The notes below the pieces were generated by a model that ran no database searches, was not told the DNA's origin, and saw only the letters and a list, made by a program, of their open reading frames with translations. Both the position numbers and the translations under genes were made by a program. Below, piece after piece: positions 1-10,276 of a stretch of DNA of 64,000 nucleotides. Every line of letters begins with the position of its first letter. Position 1 is the stretch's first letter. Source of the DNA: Candidatus Nanopelagicaceae bacterium (lineage in GTDB: Bacteria; Actinomycetota; Actinomycetes; Nanopelagicales; Nanopelagicaceae); contig JBBAMQ010000002.1 in the NCBI GenBank assembly GCA_040402395.1, forward strand, positions 37,376 to 101,375. Direction: 5' to 3'.

Positions 1-135
1 TTCCGCCACTTTAATCGCTTGGTTGAATCCGCGCTCTGATAAGCCAACTGACTTATCTCGGCCAGCGAGGATCGAACGGGCATTCGCCGTCGAGTGCGCA
101 TGGCGAAGCAGCAATATCTCAGTAGGACGTGTCAT
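1..135 (-). CDS. histidine phosphatase (phosphoglycerate-mutase-like) family protein; only the N-terminal 45 codons are present because the gene runs off the window edge
   Basis: Not in the ORF track because it is truncated. The reverse complement of 1..135 reads MTRPTEILLLRHAHSTANARSILAGRDKSVGLSERGFNQAIKVAE. 'LLRHAxS..N' plus 'LSERG' is the N-terminal RHG catalytic-motif region of this superfamily. Confidence 0.55.
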   Translation of the reverse strand, partial: MTRPTEILLLRHAHSTANARSILAGRDKSVGLSERGFNQAIKVAE

Positions 136-184
136 ATAAGAAGGCTACCGAGTAATTGGAGTTTCCGTTGGTAACCTCTCGTCC

Positions 185-1138
185 ATGGAGTTGCGATCAC
201 TTGGAAATTCTGGCCTGATGGTTTCACGGTTAGCCCTTGGCACGATGACATGGGGGCGCGATACCGATGAACACGAATCAGCAGAGCAACTTCGTTCATT
301 CTTAGAGGCAGGCGGAAATCTTCTGGATACTGCTGCCAAATACGGTGATGGGGATAGCGAACGGGTCATTGGCGGCTTCTTGGGGACTCTTATCAACCGG
401 AACGAGATTCTTCTCGCCACCAAAGCCGGTAGCACTTCTCGAGCTCCACAACGTCAACGGGATAATTCTCGATCCTCCCTCATGGAAGAACTCAATAGTT
501 CACTGGAGCGACTTGGCGTAGATCACATCGACCTTTGGCAGATTCAGGGTTGGGATAAGGAAACGCCGATTGAAGAGACGCTCGCGACGATGGATTACGC
601 AGTCCGTTCCGGGAAGGTGAGATATATCGGTTTATCAAATATAGCGGGTTGGCAATTGGCCCGGGCGGCCACGATGCAGAATCCGCTGTTTGGGAAAGAA
701 CCGATCTCTTCCATACAGACCGAGTATTCACTGATGAATCGCGTCTGTGAAGAAGAAATCGCGCCAGCCGCTCGCGAGTTGGGGGTCGGTCTATTAGCGT
801 GGTCGCCCCTGGGTCGCGGTGTTCTCACCGGGAAATATCGGCAAGGGATCCCTTCGGATTCGCGTGGGGCTACGCCACACTTTGCCGAATTTATCTCGCC
901 ATATTTAGATCCGCGCGGTAGGTCGATTGTCGAAGCAGTCTGTGTCGCCGCCGAAGGACTTGGCTACAGCCCACTCGAAGTGGCTCTTGCGTGGGTACGC
1001 GACAGCGTCGATGTGGCAAGTGCGATAGTTGGTGCGCGAACTGCGGCACAGCTTAAAGGTGTGCTCGCATCAGAGGAAATTATTCTTCCCGAACAAGTCC
1101 GCTTCGCGTTAGATGATGTCTCTGCCGCTCTTCTCTGA
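185..1138 (+). CDS. aldo/keto reductase family oxidoreductase
   Basis: 317-aa ORF with an ATG start. Contains LGTMTWG, GGNLLDTAAKYGDGDSE, HIDLWQIQGWD and RYIGLSN, which are typical AKR motifs. Confidence 0.85.
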   Translation: MELRSLGNSGLMVSRLALGTMTWGRDTDEHESAEQLRSFLEAGGNLLDTAAKYGDGDSERVIGGFLGTLINRNEILLATKAGSTSRAPQRQRDNSRSSLMEELNSSLERLGVDHIDLWQIQGWDKETPIEETLATMDYAVRSGKVRYIGLSNIAGWQLARAATMQNPLFGKEPISSIQTEYSLMNRVCEEEIAPAARELGVGLLAWSPLGRGVLTGKYRQGIPSDSRGATPHFAEFISPYLDPRGRSIVEAVCVAAEGLGYSPLEVALAWVRDSVDVASAIVGARTAAQLKGVLASEEIILPEQVRFALDDVSAALL

Positions 1139-1147
1139 TGAGAAAAA

Positions 1148-2503
1148 TTAACAATTTCCGAGGAAGCGAGCAAGTACTCGCACACCGAAAACTAAACCAT
1201 CAACCGGAATTCGCTCGTCCACACCGTGAAAAAGTGCGAAGAAATCTAAATCATCAGGAAGCTTCACCGGGCTATAGCCGTAGCCGATGATTCCAAGATC
1301 AGATAGCGCCTTGTTATCAGTCCCACCACTCATTAAATATGGAACAGGAATTCCTTGTGGGTCTTCGGCAAGGAGCGCATCGCACATACCCTTCACGAGC
1401 GCTCCCTCAAACTCAACTTCGAGTGCCTTGTCCCTTACAAGTACTTCAATCTCGGCATCGCTTCCGGTAATTTCCTTCAGGGTATCGACCAACTCATCTT
1501 CAAATCCTGGCAAGAAGCGGCCATCAATTACCGCTGATGCCGCGCCTGGGATTACATTAGCCTTGTAGCCCGCATCCAATATTGTCGGATTCGAAGTATT
1601 TTGAATCGTTGCACCCATCATGCGGGCAGCGCCACCTAGATGTTTAAGGAGAGGTCGAGGATTTTCTGGGTCGTACTTCTCGCCTACCAATTCAGCGACC
1701 TTTGAGAAAAATTTTGCACCTGTCCTTGTCTCACGTTGCGGCCATTGATATTCGCCAATACGTGCGACTACCCGTGCTAATTTTGTGACAGCATTTGCGG
1801 GGTTGATAAAGGATCCATGACCTGCACTCCCAGTCGCAGTAATTTTTAGCCACTGAATACCCTTTTGAGCCGCCTCGACGAAGTAGAGGCGATGCCCGCC
1901 TGTGATCGTTACCGAAAAACCACCGACTTCAGATATCGCTTCCGAATAGCCATCGAATAACTCTGGTCGATTTTTTACCAACCAGCGAGAGCCATAAATA
2001 CTTCCGGCTTCTTCATCGGCGAAGAAAATAAGAAGGACATTTCTAGGTGGCATAAATCCGGCTCGCGCCCAAGCCCGAACGAGCGCTAAAAACATTGCGT
2101 CGCCATCCTTCATATCAACTGCGCCACGTCCCCAAATGAAGCCATCTTTGATCTCACCGCTAAACGGATCAACGCTCCAATCGTCTGCATTCGCTGGAAC
2201 AACATCGATATGTCCGTGTACAACGATTCCGGGGCGGCTCTGATTAACACCTTTGATGTGTGCGACGACGTTGACGCGATTCGGTGCCGGTTCGATCAAC
2301 TCAGATTGGATTCCGACCTCTGCTAATTTTGCCGCGCAGTATTCTGCAACTGCTTTCTCATCGCCCTTGCCATCACCATAATTAACGCTGGGTATGCGAA
2401 TCAATTCTTGCAACAGCACGACTACATCGGCCTCCATCTCAGCCATCTGCTCTGGCGTAAGGTGATAATCGATTCCGGCGTTTTTTTCTACATTCTGGCT
2501 CAT
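1148..2503 (-). CDS. M20 family metallopeptidase (dipeptidase/ArgE-DapE-like)
   Basis: Contains LIRIPSVN, VVHGHIDVVP, WGRGAVDMKDG, FFADEEAGS and GGTDNK, the M20 metal-ligand motifs. I chose the ATG at 2503 (MSQNVEK). The ORF track begins at a GTG at 2539. Confidence 0.8.
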   Translation of the reverse strand: MSQNVEKNAGIDYHLTPEQMAEMEADVVVLLQELIRIPSVNYGDGKGDEKAVAEYCAAKLAEVGIQSELIEPAPNRVNVVAHIKGVNQSRPGIVVHGHIDVVPANADDWSVDPFSGEIKDGFIWGRGAVDMKDGDAMFLALVRAWARAGFMPPRNVLLIFFADEEAGSIYGSRWLVKNRPELFDGYSEAISEVGGFSVTITGGHRLYFVEAAQKGIQWLKITATGSAGHGSFINPANAVTKLARVVARIGEYQWPQRETRTGAKFFSKVAELVGEKYDPENPRPLLKHLGGAARMMGATIQNTSNPTILDAGYKANVIPGAASAVIDGRFLPGFEDELVDTLKEITGSDAEIEVLVRDKALEVEFEGALVKGMCDALLAEDPQGIPVPYLMSGGTDNKALSDLGIIGYGYSPVKLPDDLDFFALFHGVDERIPVDGLVFGVRVLARFLGNC

Positions 2504-2601
2504 GGTGCAATCCTGCACTACAAGTGCTCCATTTCCCACGCCCGAGAGAGATTGCTATATTTCTCTACTGACCCTCACGCGGAGTGCTGGGTAAGACACT
2601 C

Positions 2602-2685
2602 GTCCGGGTGGCGGAATTGGCAGACGCGCATGCTTGAGGTGCATGTCCTCGCAAGGGGTTCGGGGTTCAAGTCCCCGTTCGGACA
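2602..2685 (+). tRNA. tRNA-Leu (anticodon GAG), class II with a long variable arm
   Basis: Cloverleaf folded by hand. Acceptor GTCCGGG/TTCGGAC (two G-U pairs). Anticodon stem CATGC/GCATG with loop TTGAGGT (GAG at 2636-2638). T arm CGGGG-TTCAAGT-CCCCG. Discriminator A. No encoded CCA. Confidence 0.9.
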
Positions 2686-2712
2686 CCGGGTTTGAGGTGG
2701 CAAGATACGGCC

Positions 2713-3357
2713 ATGGCCGAGCTCACCTATTACTGCGGAACGATGGATAGCGGTAAATCAACTCTCGCTCTTCAGACCGCCCATAATCATCAGAGCCGTG
2801 GACGAAGTGGCGTGATCTTCACCAATAAAGATCGCGGCGGTCCCGGGATGATCACTAGCCGCCTTGGATTGAAGAGCGAAGCGATCGAAGTTGGGAGTGA
2901 CCTTGATCTCCATAAATTCATCGTTGATGCCTTGAGTCAAGGTGAGAGAGTTGAATTCATTATCTGCGACGAAACTCAATTCTTTGAGCCAGATCAGATT
3001 GAACAATTAGCACGGATAGTTGATGGCCTTGGGATTGATATTTATGCCTTTGGTATCTTGACAGATTTTAGAACGAAGATGTTTCCTGGCTCAGCGCGGC
3101 TGGTCGAGCTTGCAGATAGAGTTTTACCCCTTCAAGTTGAGGCGCTCTGCTGGTGCGGTCACCGTGCGACACACAATGCACGTGTCGCCTATGGTGAAAT
3201 GATTACCGAAGGAGAGCAGGTGGTTGTCGGAGATACTGAGGATCAAGATGCTATCGGTTATGAAGTGCTCTGCCGCCGCCACCATATGAGACGTGTTACT
3301 GGCCGATCGGCACACATGGCGAGACCAGAACCACTACCCTTCCAAGGCTTTCAGTAA
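2713..3357 (+). CDS. tdk: thymidine kinase
   Basis: YYCGTMDSGKSTLAL P-loop, FIICDETQFF, and a C-terminal zinc ribbon (CWCG...CRRHH). ATG at 2713 is preferred over the TTG at 2692, which abuts the tRNA. Confidence 0.85.
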   Translation: MAELTYYCGTMDSGKSTLALQTAHNHQSRGRSGVIFTNKDRGGPGMITSRLGLKSEAIEVGSDLDLHKFIVDALSQGERVEFIICDETQFFEPDQIEQLARIVDGLGIDIYAFGILTDFRTKMFPGSARLVELADRVLPLQVEALCWCGHRATHNARVAYGEMITEGEQVVVGDTEDQDAIGYEVLCRRHHMRRVTGRSAHMARPEPLPFQGFQ

Positions 3358-3390
3358 AAAACCAACTACACAACACAAAGGAGTTCGACG

Positions 3391-4431
3391 ATGGAATCAA
3401 AAGGGTATGCAGCACTTGTCGCTAATGGAAATCTAGAACCATATTCTTTCCAACGTCGTGATCTTGGTAAGAACGATGTGGCTCTTGATATTTTATTTGC
3501 CGGAATCTGCCACTCTGATATTCACCAAGTTCGTGAAGAATGGGGATCAAGCCTCTTTCCTATGGTTCCTGGTCACGAAATCGTTGGTCGGGTTACCGCG
3601 ATCGGAACCGGAGTAAGTAAGTTCAAAGTCGGCGAACTAATCGGTGTTGGTGTCTTTATTGACTCGTGTCGAACATGTGAGAACTGTGTATCGGGGTTGC
3701 AACAGTATTGCCTCGAGGGCATGACTGGTACTTACAACACGTACGAACGGAATACGACGAATATTGCGCTCGGCGGTTATTCAAATAATTTTGTCATTGA
3801 CGAAGGCTATGCAGTCCACGTTCCGGATAATTTGCCACTTGAAGGTGTAGCACCACTGATGTGTGCCGGAATCACCTTATACTCGCCGCTTAAGCACTGG
3901 GGAGCTGGTCCTGGAAAGAGAGTTGCCGTCATGGGACTGGGCGGCTTAGGACACATGGGAGTGAAGTTTGCTGCGGCACTCGGTGCTCACGTAACCGTCC
4001 TCTCTCACTCGCCATCGAAGCGGAATGATGCCCTAGCCATGGGAGCCAATGAATTTGTAGTAATGGATTCTGACGAAGCCTTCGATGGATTAAAACGCTC
4101 GTTCGACATCATTCTCAACACTGTTTCGGCCGATCTCAACATAGAGAAGTACCTCAATCTCGTAAGTGTCGATGGCACACTGGTCATGATCGGTTTACCA
4201 TCTTCACCAGTCTCGGTAGGTATCGGAACCCTGATCGGCTCGCGAAGAAGTATCGCTGGTTCAATGATTGGTGGTATTCCAGAACTCCAGGAGATGTTGA
4301 ACTTCTGTGGTGAGCATCAGATTGTCAGCGATGTCGAAATTATTGCACCCGCTTATATCAACGAAGCGTACGAGCGCACTGTGGCTTCAGACGTGAAATA
4401 TCGATTCGTCATTGATACGTCCGCTTTTTAA
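3391..4431 (+). CDS. zinc-dependent NAD(P)-dependent alcohol dehydrogenase (AdhC/YahK-like)
   Basis: GICHSDIH, PMVPGHEIVG, the structural-Zn cysteine cluster CRTCENCVSGLQQYC, and the Rossmann motif VMGLGGLGHMG. AAGGAG Shine-Dalgarno sequence upstream. Confidence 0.85.
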   Translation: MESKGYAALVANGNLEPYSFQRRDLGKNDVALDILFAGICHSDIHQVREEWGSSLFPMVPGHEIVGRVTAIGTGVSKFKVGELIGVGVFIDSCRTCENCVSGLQQYCLEGMTGTYNTYERNTTNIALGGYSNNFVIDEGYAVHVPDNLPLEGVAPLMCAGITLYSPLKHWGAGPGKRVAVMGLGGLGHMGVKFAAALGAHVTVLSHSPSKRNDALAMGANEFVVMDSDEAFDGLKRSFDIILNTVSADLNIEKYLNLVSVDGTLVMIGLPSSPVSVGIGTLIGSRRSIAGSMIGGIPELQEMLNFCGEHQIVSDVEIIAPAYINEAYERTVASDVKYRFVIDTSAF

Positions 4432-4454
4432 TTACCTAACAAAGTTTAAAGATT

Positions 4455-5189
4455 TTATAGAAAGTGATGAGCTGCCGTTGCGATAAAAGGCGCCAAGAAT
4501 ATGGCCGGCAGCAAATTACCGATCGCAATAATTTTTATATTAAGAATTCGCAATCCAATAGCGGCGAGCAGTACTCCCCCGACAGCTGTCATTGCACCGA
4601 CTTGGTACTCGTTCATGACGCTACCTAGTCCCCAACCCGCAACAGTCCAGAGGCCTTGATAGATACCGACCGGGATAAAAGATGCGAGGACACCCCATCC
4701 AAAGGTCGCGGCAAAGGCGATCGACGTGATGCAATCCAAGAGGCTCTTCAAGATTAGTTGCTGATGGCCGGTATTCATTCCATCAGAGATAGAACCGAGG
4801 ATTGCCAACGGACCGATGGCAAAGAGCAAAGATGCCGCCATAAAGCCTTCAATAAAGTTATTATGAGAAGAATCAGCGAAGCGTTTGCGTAGAAGCAGCC
4901 CGAAGAGCTCCAAGTGACGTTCGATATCGAGGGCCCCTCCTATCAAAGCACCAACGACCAGAGCGGCAATAATGGTAAGCAAGGTCCAGCCCTTGGGTAG
5001 TGCCGAGATATAACTTGGTTTCCAGATGATACGAAGCGCATCGGCAGCTGCGATGAGTGTGACCAGGCCTAGGCCATCGGTAATAAGCAACCGTGTCTTC
5101 TCTGGTATCCGATTCCCAAAGAAGACGCCAAGGGTGCTACCACCGACTATTCCGATGATATTGAGGAGAGTTCCGAAGCCGACAAACAT
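4455..5189 (-). CDS. DUF554-family integral membrane protein
   Basis: MFVGFGTLLNIIGIVGGSTLGVFFGNRIPEKTR... is multi-TM and resembles DUF554/YdfK-like proteins. The ATG at 5189 overlaps the uppP stop as TAATG. Confidence 0.7.
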   Translation of the reverse strand: MFVGFGTLLNIIGIVGGSTLGVFFGNRIPEKTRLLITDGLGLVTLIAAADALRIIWKPSYISALPKGWTLLTIIAALVVGALIGGALDIERHLELFGLLLRKRFADSSHNNFIEGFMAASLLFAIGPLAILGSISDGMNTGHQQLILKSLLDCITSIAFAATFGWGVLASFIPVGIYQGLWTVAGWGLGSVMNEYQVGAMTAVGGVLLAAIGLRILNIKIIAIGNLLPAIFLAPFIATAAHHFL

Positions 5190-6067
5190 TAGCCAAATAT
5201 TCCAAAACGTACGATGGAGAGTATTCCGACCACGAGGCAATACAGTGCGAATGGGCGGAGCGTCTTACTTTTGAAATACTTCACGAGGAAAGTCACCGCA
5301 ATGAAGGTCGCGATGAACGAGGTGATCGTTCCCGCTAAGAGCGGACCATTAGAGCCTGGAGCGATTGCACCATGATGAAGTAGCTTTGGAAGCTTGAGGA
5401 TCGAGGCTCCCAGTATTGCTGGAAAGGCAAGTAGAAAGGCGAAATCAGCGGCGGTGGATCGAGAGAGGCCTCGCAACATTCCGAAGCTGATTGAGACACC
5501 GAATCGGGAGATGCCAGCGAAGAGTGCTGTGCTTTGACCGATCCCGACGATGAGGGCCTGCCCAATTGAGATCCGTTCAACGATTGCGGCATCAGAATCC
5601 TTCACCATTGCATGTGCATGGCGCCGTTCGGTGAGGCGTTCAACGGCAAGGAGAATCACTCCGTTGAGCGTCAGAAACATTGCTGCTATGAGGGGCTTTC
5701 CAAAGTTCTTTTCAAAGAGCTTATTGAGAAGAAGGCCGAGAATTGCCACTGGAATTGTGCCAACAATTAATCTGATGAGTAGAGGCAGACCTGATCCCGG
5801 ATTGTTCTTCTTTCGTAGGGCATCGATGGCAGAACTGAAGATGTGTATCCATCTGCGACCAAAGACCAGTAAGAGTGCCACTGCACTTGCGAAGTGAAAG
5901 GCAACTGCTATCAACAAATATTGTGGATCAGCCCCAAAACTCTTCCAACTTCCACCAAGCCAAGCTGGAAAGAGTACTGCGTGACCAAGACTTGAAACTG
6001 GGAAGAGTTCGGTCACGCCCTGCAGAAGACCGATGACTATCGCTTGAAGATATGTGAAATGAAACAT
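5189..6067 (-). CDS. uppP: undecaprenyl-diphosphate phosphatase
   Basis: The N-terminus MFHFTYLQAIVIGLLQGVTELFPVSSLGH is the BacA/UppP signature. Polytopic membrane protein. Confidence 0.9.
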   Translation of the reverse strand: MFHFTYLQAIVIGLLQGVTELFPVSSLGHAVLFPAWLGGSWKSFGADPQYLLIAVAFHFASAVALLLVFGRRWIHIFSSAIDALRKKNNPGSGLPLLIRLIVGTIPVAILGLLLNKLFEKNFGKPLIAAMFLTLNGVILLAVERLTERRHAHAMVKDSDAAIVERISIGQALIVGIGQSTALFAGISRFGVSISFGMLRGLSRSTAADFAFLLAFPAILGASILKLPKLLHHGAIAPGSNGPLLAGTITSFIATFIAVTFLVKYFKSKTLRPFALYCLVVGILSIVRFGIFG

Positions 6068-6163
6068 GAGTAGACTCTACAGGTGGAAGATCCGGAAACT
6101 GTGGAACCCTCCTCCTTCGCCTCACTCTTAAAAATTCTTTACCCGCAGCGAACGATCCCACAT

Positions 6164-6787
6164 ATGAGATGGACGGGAAATGGCCGGTGGGATCTCTCTA
6201 TCCCTCGAGTTCTCGTTCTCTTCATCGGACTTGCTATTTTCGGATTAGGTGACGGGCTTATCATTGATTCACATATTGGTAATGCACCGTGGTCGGTTCT
6301 GGCACAGGGCCTCTCACTTCACACACCATTTTCGATTGGCGAATGTACTTTCATTATTGGCGCCTCGGTTTTACTTTTGTGGTGGCCGCTCAAAGAGCGT
6401 CCAGGGTTTGGAACGCTTGCAAATATCGCGATCATCTCGCTCTTCATTCAAATAGCCTTGAACATTTTCCCCACTGTCCACCATAACTTCGCAGCTTCAC
6501 TTGGGATGGTTTTAGGTGGGATTATCTTGGTAGGGACGGGCTCTACTCTCTACATTACAACTGGCCTTGGTCCGGGGCCTCGAGATGGTTTGATGACCGC
6601 TCTTCATCACAAAACTGGGATTAGGGTCGCACGAGTTCGACTTGGGATCGAAATCTGCGCACTAATCGTCGGCGCCCTTTTGGGCGGAACGTTAGGTATT
6701 GGGACGGCGCTATTTGCACTACTCATCGGAAATTCGGTTGCGATCTCGCTCAGCGTTATCAAGCACTTCGCAGGCTCCAATCAATAG
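6164..6787 (+). CDS. YczE-like polytopic membrane protein
   Basis: FGLGDGLIIDSHIGNAPWSVLAQGL and GLGPGPRDGLM resemble the YczE/YitT-type membrane family. ATG at 6164 is preferred, because the GTG at 6083 would leave only 15 bp to the divergent uppP. Confidence 0.6.
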   Translation: MRWTGNGRWDLSIPRVLVLFIGLAIFGLGDGLIIDSHIGNAPWSVLAQGLSLHTPFSIGECTFIIGASVLLLWWPLKERPGFGTLANIAIISLFIQIALNIFPTVHHNFAASLGMVLGGIILVGTGSTLYITTGLGPGPRDGLMTALHHKTGIRVARVRLGIEICALIVGALLGGTLGIGTALFALLIGNSVAISLSVIKHFAGSNQ

Positions 6788-7424
6788 GAGATCTTCCTTG
6801 CTTCAATAAGATCTCATTGGTTCGCGAAAATGGCCTACTTCCAAAGAAGCCACGATAGGAACTGAGTGGACTTGGATGGGGAGACGAGATCGTGAAGGCA
6901 GGGTTGAAAAGTGTTGAGTGATTTTTAGCTCGCTCTCCCCATAAAATTCCAATAGTTTGCTCGGTTATAACTGCCCGTAACACCTCATGCGTGAACTGTT
7001 GCCAACCTAAATCGGCGTGCGAGAGCGATTTGTGAGGTTGGCAGCTCAAAATTGTGTTCAGAAGCATAACCCCCCGATCTCGCCACGGGGTGAGATCCCC
7101 TGTAACGGGTATCGGTAACTGAAGATCGTCTCGGTATTCAAGAAAGATATTCCGCAGCGAAGGTGGAAATTTGCGTTGCGTGGCTGGAATCGAAAAAGCC
7201 AACCCGTCTGCATCTTCTGGGTTCGGATAAGGATCCTGCCCTATGACGATTACCTTGATCTCCTCAATTTTCATGTCGAGCGCCCTAAAAATATCTTCCC
7301 TTTTTGGATTACAGGGATCGTTTCCCAGCGATACATCGATCCCATCTAGCAGGGAGAGCGAACTTTGCAGCCGGTCAGCCCACTCGGCTCTCAGGAGCGA
7401 ACGGAGTGGTGCCTGATAACTCAT
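6759..7424 (-). CDS. ung: uracil-DNA glycosylase, family 1
   Basis: VIVIGQDPYP, GVMLLNTIL and SPHPSPLS motifs. Its 3' end overlaps the convergent membrane-protein gene by 29 nt. Confidence 0.85.
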   Translation of the reverse strand: MSYQAPLRSLLRAEWADRLQSSLSLLDGIDVSLGNDPCNPKREDIFRALDMKIEEIKVIVIGQDPYPNPEDADGLAFSIPATQRKFPPSLRNIFLEYRDDLQLPIPVTGDLTPWRDRGVMLLNTILSCQPHKSLSHADLGWQQFTHEVLRAVITEQTIGILWGERAKNHSTLFNPAFTISSPHPSPLSSYRGFFGSRPFSRTNEILLKQGRSPIDWSLRSA

Positions 7425-8206
7425 CAGAGTGCCCGGGCGAAGAACCGACCACCCTCTTTAATCAATGAAATCGGTATTCCGTAGGCAGTGGTGAGGTTCT
7501 CTGAAGTAAGTACGGCATCGATATTACCGCTACTGACAACGCTGCCATGGGATAACAAGAGGGCATGGGTGGTGCCGTGCGGAATTTCTTCAAGGTGATG
7601 AGTGACAATCAAAGTAGCAGGTGAAAGTGGGTCTGTTGCTAACGCATCTAACCGGTGAAGAAGATCTTCACGACCGGAGAGATCTAAACCAGAAGCTGGT
7701 TCGTCCAAGAGAAGTAACTCTGGGTTTGGCATCAGCGCCCGTGCGATTAAGGTACGTTTCTTCTCGCCTTCACTCAGCGTTCCAAAAAGTCTAGAGTTCA
7801 ATTCACGGATCCCGAGCGTCGTTAACAAGCTCATCGCCCGAGATTCATCCCAGAGGTCGTAACTCTCATTCCAACGCCCTACAACGGCATAGACAGCGCT
7901 CATGACAAGGTCCAAGACGCGTTCGTCTTCAGGGATTGAAGTGACGAGATTATTTGTCGTCAAGCCGATCCGAGGTCTCAATTCAAAGAGATCAGTCCGT
8001 CCAACCCTCTCTCCTAATACGTCAAGAGAGCCGGAGGTCGGGTGAATATTGGTCGCCGCAAGTTGAAGAAACGTGGTCTTGCCCGCACCATTCGGCCCAA
8101 CGATGACCCAACGTTCCCCTTCAGAGAACGAGAGCGAAATTGGACCGAGGATGGTCTTGCCATCTCTCGTCACCGAGACCTTCTCGAAATTCAGTATCTG
8201 GCTCAC
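7424..8206 (-). CDS. ABC transporter ATP-binding protein (stand-alone ATPase; no permease gene adjacent)
   Basis: Walker A GPNGAGKTT, signature LSEGEKKR, Walker B LLLLDEP, H-loop THH. The start is uncertain: I prefer the GTG at 8206 (VSQILNFEKVSV), while the ORF track starts at a TTG at 8323. Confidence 0.75.
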   Translation of the reverse strand: MSQILNFEKVSVTRDGKTILGPISLSFSEGERWVIVGPNGAGKTTFLQLAATNIHPTSGSLDVLGERVGRTDLFELRPRIGLTTNNLVTSIPEDERVLDLVMSAVYAVVGRWNESYDLWDESRAMSLLTTLGIRELNSRLFGTLSEGEKKRTLIARALMPNPELLLLDEPASGLDLSGREDLLHRLDALATDPLSPATLIVTHHLEEIPHGTTHALLLSHGSVVSSGNIDAVLTSENLTTAYGIPISLIKEGGRFFARAL

Positions 8207-8256
8207 GGGGGTACAAGATACCTGCTCAGAGATGAAAGAGACGCTAGCCTCACCCT

Positions 8257-9408
8257 GTGAATAGGCAATCAAAATATACTGGTTTGATTCTCGCCTCTGG
8301 CATACGAAACGGCGATCCGGCAACGATCATCCTCGAACAATTGGCGGCATTTTCGGTGATAGTTCTGAGCTCCGATCTCCTCTTCGTGCGAGATCGTTTT
8401 ATCTTTACCTTGCTCATCGAGCTTAGCCCCGACCACGCTGAAGCAATCTCGAGAGATCTTGATCTGATTACGGAAGCCGGTGAGGTGGATGTGGCCTATG
8501 AGTTCACGCCCTTTACAGCACCTGAGAGCGAAGGAACGAATTCACACTACGAGTGCGTCGTCGTGGCCACAGAGATTCACCTCTCTGCACTTTCGGCGCT
8601 ACAAAAACTACTGACTTCCTATAGCTCGATTGACGCTTTTAAAGTTGCCATTGAATATGGGTTCACCGTTGCTCGATTTACGATCTCAATAACGGAATCC
8701 GATGCTGCCGAAATCCAACCAAAGTTAAGGGAGATCGCGAAATCTCAGGCTCTCGGACTTAATCTTTATAACGCCTCGCAGCACACGACCGGCAACGAGC
8801 TGGTCCTTCTTGACATGGACTCAACTTTTATTAATGAAGAGGTGATCGATGAAATCGCCGCCCTTGCAGGAGTTGGCAGCGAAGTCGCCGCCATTACTGA
8901 GAGTGCTATGCGTGGTGAACTCGACTTTGCTCAATCTTTAAGGGCGCGCACTGCCCTTCTGGCTGGGAAACCGGCGACACTTATCGACGATGCTAGAGCG
9001 AAAATCACCTTGACTCTTGGAGCTAGAGATCTTGTTCGAGCACTACATGCAAAGGGTGCTCGGGTTGGAATTGTCTCGGGTGGCTTTCACGACCTCATCG
9101 ATGAATTTTTAGCTCCCCTTAACGTGGATCTTGTCGTCGCGAATAGGTTCGAGTTCAAAGATGGTCTCTTTACCGGCGCGATCCTTGGGGAGATCGTAGA
9201 CGCCGAAGTGAAGGCGAGAACTCTTATAAGCTCTCGAGGCGAAGCTGTAAGAACCATAGCCATAGGCGATGGCGCAAACGACATTGCGTTGATAAAGGCT
9301 GCCGATCTAGGCATCGCATTCTGCGCCAAAGATGCACTGAAGGCGGAAGCCGACATTTCTCTGACCCACCGAGATCTCAGAGCGGTGCTGCCACTCTTGG
9401 GTTATTAG
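8257..9408 (+). CDS. serB: phosphoserine phosphatase SerB with N-terminal ACT-like regulatory domains
   Basis: HAD motif I LLDMDSTFI, a GGF motif and GDGANDI. The roughly 170-aa N-terminal extension resembles that of actinobacterial SerB2. GTG start. Confidence 0.85.
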   Translation: MNRQSKYTGLILASGIRNGDPATIILEQLAAFSVIVLSSDLLFVRDRFIFTLLIELSPDHAEAISRDLDLITEAGEVDVAYEFTPFTAPESEGTNSHYECVVVATEIHLSALSALQKLLTSYSSIDAFKVAIEYGFTVARFTISITESDAAEIQPKLREIAKSQALGLNLYNASQHTTGNELVLLDMDSTFINEEVIDEIAALAGVGSEVAAITESAMRGELDFAQSLRARTALLAGKPATLIDDARAKITLTLGARDLVRALHAKGARVGIVSGGFHDLIDEFLAPLNVDLVVANRFEFKDGLFTGAILGEIVDAEVKARTLISSRGEAVRTIAIGDGANDIALIKAADLGIAFCAKDALKAEADISLTHRDLRAVLPLLGY

Positions 9409-10250
9409 ATTCGGCAGGCGTGGATATCTGTTACCAGAATCCCTCTGGCACCAACTTTCCAGAGATCATCAAGAATACGATTAACACTCTTACGCTTCAC
9501 CATCGCTCGAACAGCGCTCCAGTCCGCGCGTTGTAGTGGTGAGACTGTTGGTGATTCGATTCCTGGCGTGAGAGCACATGCTTTCTCTAAATTGCTATTA
9601 GCGACGTCATAATCGACGAGTACATATTGACGAGCCATGACAACTCCGTTGAGTCGGCGAATCACCGTTTCGATCTCTTCACTGCGAGTTGGCTTGTCCC
9701 CTTCAATCAGAATCGCCTCGCTCTCCAAAAGCGGCGCACCGAACGTTGCAAGGCCTGCTTGGCGCAGCGTTCCGCCAGTCGAGACGACATCCGCTATCGC
9801 GTCGGCAACTCCGAGTCGAATAGCACTCTCAACTGCGCCATCCAATCTCACGACAGTTGCACTGATCTTTGCCTTTGCCAGGTATTGCTCAAGCAGACCA
9901 GGATAGGCAGTTGCGATTCGGAGTCCGGCGAGATCACTTTCGTGTAAAGATTTGGTGGCAGGGGCGGCGAAACGAAAAGTAGATTTCCCAAAATCCAGTG
10001 GCAGGATCTCTTTAGCACTTACTCCTGAGTCGATGAGGAGATCTCGTCCTGTTATGCCTAACTCGAGCTCGCCAGAACTCACATAGATTGCGATATCGCG
10101 GGGACGAAGGTAGTAAAATTCAATATCATTTTCTGAGTCATAGAGAGTTAGATCTCTGTTATCGGTGCGTTGTCTATACCCGGCTTCGCGCAGCATGAGG
10201 GATGCGCTATCCGAGAGAGAACCTTTATTCGGGACTGCGATCTTAAGCAT
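9405..10250 (-). CDS. hisG: ATP phosphoribosyltransferase (long form)
   Basis: MLKIAVPNKGSLS, DLLIDSG, and a C-terminal regulatory domain. AGGAG Shine-Dalgarno sequence upstream. Confidence 0.9.
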   Translation of the reverse strand: MLKIAVPNKGSLSDSASLMLREAGYRQRTDNRDLTLYDSENDIEFYYLRPRDIAIYVSSGELELGITGRDLLIDSGVSAKEILPLDFGKSTFRFAAPATKSLHESDLAGLRIATAYPGLLEQYLAKAKISATVVRLDGAVESAIRLGVADAIADVVSTGGTLRQAGLATFGAPLLESEAILIEGDKPTRSEEIETVIRRLNGVVMARQYVLVDYDVANSNLEKACALTPGIESPTVSPLQRADWSAVRAMVKRKSVNRILDDLWKVGARGILVTDIHACRI

Positions 10251-10276
10251 TATGTCTCCTGGTTAGTGGGGAAGAT